Below, one piece after another: positions 56,963 to 64,000 of a DNA stretch of 64,000 nucleotides (positions are counted from its first letter, which is position 1; every line of letters begins with the position of its first letter). This DNA comes from Pseudomonadota bacterium (lineage in GTDB: Bacteria; Pseudomonadota; Alphaproteobacteria; Sphingomonadales; Sphingomonadaceae): the NCBI GenBank assembly GCA_049323815.1, contig JBMOOB010000020.1, positions 20,184 to 84,183 on the forward strand, in the 5' to 3' direction. The position numbers were made by a program, and so were the translations under genes. Under the pieces are notes generated by a model that worked only from the letters and a program-made list of their open reading frames with translations, did no database searches and had not been told where the DNA came from.

Positions 56963-58363
56963 TCACCCCAGCCGATACGGCACCGCCGAGCGCGTGTCGG
57001 GGTCGATCCGGATCGCGCTGCCCGCGGGCGGAAAGGCGCGCTGGTCGCAATCCATCCGCGGGCAGATGCGGCACGACGTGCCGATCGGTGTCGCCTGCCC
57101 GCCCGTCGCCACCCCGTCGGCATAGATGAAGTCGGGCGCGTGGCTCGCCTCGCACCCCAGCGCCACGGCATAGCGGCGCGGGCTGCGCGCATAGCTGCCC
57201 GACGGCTTCACCAGCCCCTTCGCCATCGACACATAGCGCACGCCGTCGGGCGTCTCGGCAAGCTGTACCAGGATGCGGTCGGGGATCGCCACGGCCTCGT
57301 GCACGACCCATAGCGGGCAGGCGCCGCCGAAGCGCGCGAACTGGAGCCGCGTCGCCGAATGCCGCTTGGTGATGTTGCCCGCCATGTCGACACGGCAGAA
57401 GAAGAAGGGGATGCCGAGCGCCCCCGGCCGCTGCAACGTCGACAGCCGGTGGCATATCTGTTCAAAGCTGGTGCCGAACCGCTGGCGCAGCCGGTCGATG
57501 TCGTGCCGCACCGCGCGCGCCGCGTCGCGGAACCGGGCATAGGGCATCAGCAGCGCGCCCGCCGCATAGTTGGACAGCCCCGCCGCCAGCAAGTCGCGCG
57601 TCGCATCCGCCCCCACCTGCGCGTCGCCCACCACCGCGCCGATCTCCTCTGCCAGCTCGATGCGGACCAGCAGATGCGCCAGGCTGAACAGGCTGGTCTC
57701 GGGCGGTTGCGCGCTGTCGATCCGGAACACGCCGCCGTCCCGATCCAGGCTGCGCAGCGGCACTTTGTCGCCATGCGCCCGCACGACGCGCACGCCATGG
57801 TCGACCAGCGCCGCTTCGATCGTGCGCGCAGGTTCGTCGCCCAGCCGCTCCGCCAGCGCCTCCGCGGCGCGGTCGATCGTGTCGACATAGTTGCTTTCGG
57901 CGTGGAACCAGTCGCGCACTTCCTCCCACGGCAGGCGCGGCCCCTCGCCGCTGCCGCCCGCCTCGACACGATCGTCGAGCACGCCCAACTGCTCCTGCGC
58001 GCGCCGCAGCGCCGCGTGCAGCGCCACCATCCGCCGCGCCAGTTGCGGCTGATGCCGGACGGCGCGGCGCACCGCCGCTTCGTCCAGCCGTCCCGGCGCG
58101 ACCTGCGGGTCGGCCGCCGCCTCGACTGCGTCGATCAGCAGCGCGGTGTCGTCGTCGGGGTCCACCGCCGCCCAGTCGCGCGGGAACGCGCGCGCCAGCG
58201 CCGCGAGCACCAATGCAGTCAGTGGCCGGTCGCCGTTTTCGATCTGCGACAGATAGCTGACCGAAATGCCCAGCGCCTTCGCGGTCGCCGCCTGGCTGAT
58301 CCCCAGCCGCGCGCGCAATTCGCGCACGCGATGCCCGGCGAAGATGCGGCGCGGTCCCTGCAT
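56963..58363 (-). CDS. pccR: Short-chain fatty acyl-CoA regulator (ScfR/XRE family), PccR-type
   Basis: XRE HTH (ISVSYLSQIENGDRP), HRLSTLQRPG, RVDMAGNITKR, FARFGGACPLW, CRICPRMDCDQRAFP. Divergent from pccB. Confidence 0.85.
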   Translation of the reverse strand: MQGPRRIFAGHRVRELRARLGISQAATAKALGISVSYLSQIENGDRPLTALVLAALARAFPRDWAAVDPDDDTALLIDAVEAAADPQVAPGRLDEAAVRRAVRHQPQLARRMVALHAALRRAQEQLGVLDDRVEAGGSGEGPRLPWEEVRDWFHAESNYVDTIDRAAEALAERLGDEPARTIEAALVDHGVRVVRAHGDKVPLRSLDRDGGVFRIDSAQPPETSLFSLAHLLVRIELAEEIGAVVGDAQVGADATRDLLAAGLSNYAAGALLMPYARFRDAARAVRHDIDRLRQRFGTSFEQICHRLSTLQRPGALGIPFFFCRVDMAGNITKRHSATRLQFARFGGACPLWVVHEAVAIPDRILVQLAETPDGVRYVSMAKGLVKPSGSYARSPRRYAVALGCEASHAPDFIYADGVATGGQATPIGTSCRICPRMDCDQRAFPPAGSAIRIDPDTRSAVPYRLG

Positions 58364-58376
58364 GCCGCCGCCATAG

Positions 58377-58407
58377 TTTGCAAACACGCCCGCTGCAACT
58401 TCGCAAC
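58377..58407. promoter_or_regulatory. Candidate PccR binding region
   Basis: TTTGCAAA (58377-58384) plus degenerate GCTGCAAC and TTCGCAAC; TTTGCAAA repeats are the PccR site described for Rhodobacter. Confidence 0.5.
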
Positions 58408-58469
58408 ATCACAGTTGCGTCCGGCTTGCGCTATTGAAAGGGAAGACTCAGGCTGGCGAAGGAGCATGC

Positions 58470-59992
<1,523 letters not shown>

Positions 59993-59996
<4 letters not shown>

Positions 59997-60436
59997 GGTT
60001 TGAGATGCCCGAAGCTCCTTATATGTTCTCGATGCGGATCATCTACGATAAGTCAGATCGACACTTTGAAATGGATGCCAATCTTCGGTATGAAATCGAC
60101 ATCGAGGACGAGAACGGCTCATGGGTTCCCTTTGGTGGACCGGCTGTCGCTATTTATGCAAATGATGGCGTCCGGAGTTGCCAAGTTGCCTTTGGCCTTG
60201 AGAAGTTCGTTGAGACATTCGCAGAAGCGGTCTCCCGATTCAGCAAGTTAGATATAACTTACGCTAGTGGGGCAGAAACCGCTGCTGAACAGATGCGCGA
60301 TCGGAATGAATTTTTACGTCATGCGGCAAATCGCTACCCCGCAATTTTATCGGAGCTGAATAGAACCCTCCGGAGGCTGGCCGATGAAGTCGAGGCAGCA
60401 TCGGTGCGTATTGCTACAATACGGTTTACTCCATGA
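59993..60436 (+). CDS. Hypothetical protein (AT-richer orphan between pccB and mce)
   Basis: 147 aa from GTG (ATG at 60005 is an alternative); overlaps the pccB stop and the mce start; many A/T-ending codons. Confidence 0.65.
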
Positions 60437-60852
60437 CCCTCGGCCGCCTCAACCATATCGGCGTCGCAACCCCGTCCATCGCGGACAGCATCGCCTTCTA
60501 CCGCGACGTGATGGGTGCCACGCGCATCCATGAGCCGTTCGACCTGCCGGCGCAGGGGGTGAAGGTGTGCTTCGTCGATACGCCGAATACGCAGATCGAG
60601 TTGATCGAGCCGCTGGGCGCGGACTCGCCGATCCATGGGTTTCTGGCGAAGAACCCGGCCGGGGGGCAGCATCACCTGTGCTACGAAGTGCCTGACATTC
60701 ACGAAGCCAAGGCGTGGTTCGAGGGCAAGGGCTGCCGCGTGCTGGGCGAGCCGCGCATCGGCGCGCATGGCACGCTGATCTTCTTCGTCCATCCCCGCGA
60801 CATGGGCGGGGTGCTGACCGAGATCATGGAGACGCCCAAGGCGGCGCACTGA
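60433..60852 (+). CDS. mce: Methylmalonyl-CoA epimerase
   Basis: RLNHIGVATP, IELIEPLG, GGQHHLCYEV, IGAHG..FVHPRDMGGVLTE. Confidence 0.95.
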   Translation: MTLGRLNHIGVATPSIADSIAFYRDVMGATRIHEPFDLPAQGVKVCFVDTPNTQIELIEPLGADSPIHGFLAKNPAGGQHHLCYEVPDIHEAKAWFEGKGCRVLGEPRIGAHGTLIFFVHPRDMGGVLTEIMETPKAAH

Positions 60853-60939
60853 CGCAACCCCGCCCGCGCCCCATAGCGGCGCGGGCGGCACGCGCGGACG
60901 GGGCACCGGGACGCGCTCGACACGAACGGATGGATCGCG

Positions 60940-63078
60940 ATGACCGACAAACCCACGCGCGACGACTGGCAAGCGCTGGCCGACAAGGAAGTGAAGGGCA
61001 AGGACCTGACCTGGCACACGCCCGAGGGCATTGCCGTCAAACCGCTCTACACGCCCGAGGACGTGACCGCCGACCCCGGCCTGCCCGGCTTTGCCCCGTT
61101 CACGCGCGGCGTGAAGGCCAGCATGTATGCCGGCCGCCCCTGGACCATCCGCCAGTACGCGGGCTTTTCGACCGCCGAGGAATCGAACGCCTTCTATCGC
61201 CGCAACCTGGCGGCGGGGCAGAAGGGGCTGTCGGTCGCGTTCGACCTGGCCACGCATCGCGGCTATGACAGCGACCATCCGCGCGTCGTGGGCGACGTGG
61301 GCAAGGCCGGCGTCGCGATCGACACCGTCGAGGATATGAAGATCCTGTTCGACGGCATTCCGCTCGACGACATGTCGGTGTCGATGACGATGAACGGCGC
61401 GGTCATCCCCGTGCTCGCCTTCTACATCATCGCCGCCGAGGAACAGGGCGTCAGCCCCGACAAGCTGACCGGAACGATTCAAAACGACATTTTGAAGGAG
61501 TTCATGGTCCGCAACACCTATATCTACCCGCCTGCGCCGTCGATGCGGATTATTTCGGACATCTTCGCCTATACCGCGGACCATATGCCGAAGTTCAACA
61601 GTATCTCGATTTCCGGCTATCACATGCAGGAAGCCGGCGCGACACAGGTACAGGAGCTTGCCTTCACGATCGCCGACGGCATGGAATATGTGAAATACGG
61701 CGTCGCGTCGGGGCTGGACATCGACAAATTTGCCGGGCGATTGTCATTCTTCTTCGCGATCGGCATGAATTTCTTCATGGAAGTGGCGAAACTGCGCGCC
61801 GCGCGCCTGTTGTGGCACCGCGCGATGACGCAATTGGGCGCGCGCGACGAACGGTCGAAGATGCTGCGCACCCATTGCCAGACCAGCGGCGTGTCGCTGA
61901 CCGAACAGGACCCGTACAACAACGTCATCCGCACGACGATCGAGGCGATGGCCGCAATGCTGGGCGGCACGCAGTCGCTGCACACCAACGCGCTCGACGA
62001 AGCAATTGCGCTGCCCACCGATTTTTCCGCGCGCATCGCCCGCAACACCCAGATTGTGTTGCAGGAAGAAACCGGGATGTGCCACGTCGCCGATCCGCTG
62101 GGCGGCAGCTATTATGTCGAGGCGCTGACGCAGCAACTCGCCGACCAGGCATGGGAGATCATCGAGCGCGTCGAAGCCGAGGGCGGCATGGCGAAGGCCG
62201 TCGCGGCGGGCTGGCCCAAGGCGATGATCGAGGAAGCCGCCGCTGCGCGTCAGGCGCGCGTCGACCGCGGCGACGACGTGATCGTCGGCGTCAACAAATA
62301 TCGGTTGGCGAACGAGGAACTGCTCGAAACACTCGAAGTCGACAATAGCAAGGTCCGCGAGGCGCAGATCGCGCGCATCGAACGCGTGCGCGCCGGCCGC
62401 GACGAAGCCGCGTGCCAGGCCGCGCTGACCGCGCTGCGCGAGGGGGCGGCGGGCACCGGCAACTTGCTGGCACTGGCGGTTGACGCGGCGCGCGCGCGCG
62501 CGACATTGGGCGAAATTTCGGCCGCGATGGAAACCACCTTTGGCCGTTACGGCACCGTACCTACGCCGGTGAAGGGGGTTTATGGCGCGCCGTACAAAGA
62601 CGACAGCCGCTGGGCGCAAGTTGTGGCGGGCGTGAAAGCGGTCGAACAGCGGCTGGGGCACCGGCCCAAGCTGCTCGTCGCCAAGATGGGGCAAGACGGG
62701 CACGATCGCGGCGCGAACGTGATCGCCAGTGCATTCGGCGACATGGGCTTTGACGTGGTGTCGGGCCCCTTGTTCCAGACGCCCGAGGAAACCGTCGTGC
62801 TGGCGCTTGAAAGCGGCGTCGACGTGGTCGGCGCGTCCAGCCTGGCGGCGGGGCACAAGACACTGATCCCCGAATTGATCGAACGGCTGAAACAGGCCGG
62901 GCGCGGCGACATCAAGGTGGTGGCGGGGGGCGTCATCCCGCCGCAGGACTATGAATATCTGCGCGATGCGGGGGTGCAGGGCATTTATGGCCCGGGCAGC
63001 AATGTGGTCGAATGCGCGGCGGACGTGCTCCGCCTGCTCGGCCACAACATGCCGCCCCTGGAGGAAGCCGCCGAATGA
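60940..63078 (+). CDS. scpA: Methylmalonyl-CoA mutase (B12-dependent)
   Basis: [38 protein letters not shown]12-binding GQDGHDRG. Confidence 0.96.
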   Translation: MTDKPTRDDWQALADKEVKGKDLTWHTPEGIAVKPLYTPEDVTADPGLPGFAPFTRGVKASMYAGRPWTIRQYAGFSTAEESNAFYRRNLAAGQKGLSVAFDLATHRGYDSDHPRVVGDVGKAGVAIDTVEDMKILFDGIPLDDMSVSMTMNGAVIPVLAFYIIAAEEQGVSPDKLTGTIQNDILKEFMVRNTYIYPPAPSMRIISDIFAYTADHMPKFNSISISGYHMQEAGATQVQELAFTIADGMEYVKYGVASGLDIDKFAGRLSFFFAIGMNFFMEVAKLRAARLLWHRAMTQLGARDERSKMLRTHCQTSGVSLTEQDPYNNVIRTTIEAMAAMLGGTQSLHTNALDEAIALPTDFSARIARNTQIVLQEETGMCHVADPLGGSYYVEALTQQLADQAWEIIERVEAEGGMAKAVAAGWPKAMIEEAAAARQARVDRGDDVIVGVNKYRLANEELLETLEVDNSKVREAQIARIERVRAGRDEAACQAALTALREGAAGTGNLLALAVDAARARATLGEISAAMETTFGRYGTVPTPVKGVYGAPYKDDSRWAQVVAGVKAVEQRLGHRPKLLVAKMGQDGHDRGANVIASAFGDMGFDVVSGPLFQTPEETVVLALESGVDVVGASSLAAGHKTLIPELIERLKQAGRGDIKVVAGGVIPPQDYEYLRDAGVQGIYGPGSNVVECAADVLRLLGHNMPPLEEAAE

Positions 63079-63425
63079 CCGACGACGACGACGCGCTGCC
63101 GGAGAGCACGCCGCACGACGGCGACCTGCTGCTGTACGACTATTTCAAGCACCTCACTTCGCTGTGCGTCGTCTCGCTCGGCGGCGTGCTGGCGCTGGTG
63201 ACGGGCGCGTCTCAAATTTCGTCGAAGGCATTCATCGCCGTTTTGGTGGTGGTCGGCACGGCGGCGATCCTCGCCTTTTCCGGCGCATCGGAAATCGTCA
63301 GCGCGCGGTTCCGCCGGCGGCCGTTGAACAAGGGCATCGACTTCTTCCGCTTCGGTGCGCCGGTCCTGCTGTCGGTCGGCGTCGGCATGTTCGTCTATAT
63401 GTTCGCGCGGACGCTGCTCAAATGA
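63075..63425 (+). CDS. Hypothetical membrane protein (about 3 TM, 116 aa)
   Basis: ATG overlaps the scpA stop; [19 protein letters not shown] followed by hydrophobic segments. Confidence 0.7.
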   Translation: MTDDDDALPESTPHDGDLLLYDYFKHLTSLCVVSLGGVLALVTGASQISSKAFIAVLVVVGTAAILAFSGASEIVSARFRRRPLNKGIDFFRFGAPVLLSVGVGMFVYMFARTLLK

Positions 63426-63459
63426 CTGCGATGGCCACGCCACACCCGGGCCGGCGCGG

Positions 63460-63918
63460 ATGAAGCCGTTGCTCCTCCTCATGGCGCCGCTGACGCTCGG
63501 GCATCCGGACGACGGCCGTTTCGCCATCGCGTGCACCGGCACGACGCACACGCGCCATACCATGGACGGCACCGAACACGTCGCGTCGGGCGAACTGCCG
63601 CGCCAGATCTATGTGATCGCCCCCGCGGCGAACGACGTGCAACGCGCGCTCGTCCCGCGCAAGGAGTTCGAACCGGTGTGTTCGACAGAGGGTGGCATGC
63701 GCTTCGTCTCGATCGCGCCCGGGCTCGTTACGGCGAGCAGCGATCAGGGCGGCGAGCCGTCGTGGACGTGCAAATTCGAAGTCGACCGGATGACCGGCAA
63801 GGGCAGTTCGCTGCTGCGCGGCGATTGGGCGAACGGCCGCTTTCACGAAATGCTATGGGAATTCACCTGCGAAAAGACAGAGATTCCCGTGTTCGATCTA
63901 TCCAGGCGCAGGTTTTGA
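63460..63918 (+). CDS. Hypothetical exported protein (152 aa, 4 Cys)
   Basis: MKPLLLLMAPLTLG signal-like N-terminus; natural composition; ends 3 nt before the bioB ATG. Confidence 0.65.
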   Translation: MKPLLLLMAPLTLGHPDDGRFAIACTGTTHTRHTMDGTEHVASGELPRQIYVIAPAANDVQRALVPRKEFEPVCSTEGGMRFVSIAPGLVTASSDQGGEPSWTCKFEVDRMTGKGSSLLRGDWANGRFHEMLWEFTCEKTEIPVFDLSRRRF

Positions 63919-63921
63919 GGA

Positions 63922-64000
63922 ATGACTGAAATGCTCCGCACCGACTGGACGCGCGACGAAATCGCCGCGCTGTTCGACTTGCCCTTCCTCGACCTGGTGT
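63922..64000 (+). CDS. bioB: Biotin synthase, 5' end only
   Basis: MTEMLRTDWTRDEIAALFDLPFLDLV matches the BioB N-terminus; bioB commonly follows scpA in this operon type. Confidence 0.8.
   Translation, partial: MTEMLRTDWTRDEIAALFDLPFLDLV

Overview
High-GC alphaproteobacterial (sphingomonad-like) chromosome window with three blocks and no rRNA, tRNA, CRISPR, transposase or integrase. (1) 1-8.3 kb: a probable maltodextrin-uptake locus (TonB-dependent receptor, LacI regulator with operator, sugar MFS symporter) with a co-transcribed tryptophan-halogenase-family gene (partial), then a ferredoxin reductase. (2) About 8.5-56.7 kb: a dense, mostly uncharacterised CoA- and flavin-dependent catabolic region. 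It holds a second TonB-dependent receptor, an OYE/FadH-like flavoenzyme, a P450, a KshA-like Rieske oxygenase, a luciferase-like monooxygenase, an Lva/ACAD10-11-like kinase plus acyl-CoA dehydrogenase module, and a roughly 17-kb minus-strand run. That run carries the steroid C/D-ring genes ipdA-ipdB-echA13-ipdC-echA20-fadE31/32-like, two CoA ligases and an Ltp2-like aldolase with a DUF35 partner. Further genes include two amidohydrolases, a Coq4-like protein and RibBX. The usual steroid A/B-ring and HIP-activation genes are not in the window. Several enzymes have altered catalytic or metal motifs: a Lys-less DapA-family protein, a Cys-free DUF35 ribbon, an OYE missing one Fe-S Cys, and a truncated ChsH1-like hot-dog protein. 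Together these suggest a steroid-derived toolkit adapted to another, possibly N-containing, alicyclic or isoprenoid substrate (inference). (3) 57-64 kb: pccR divergent from a pccB-mce-scpA-bioB propionyl-CoA operon interrupted by orphan genes. Two families of palindromic intergenic repeats recur, one copy nested inside another. All homology calls rest on motif recognition and recalled sequences; no database search was run.
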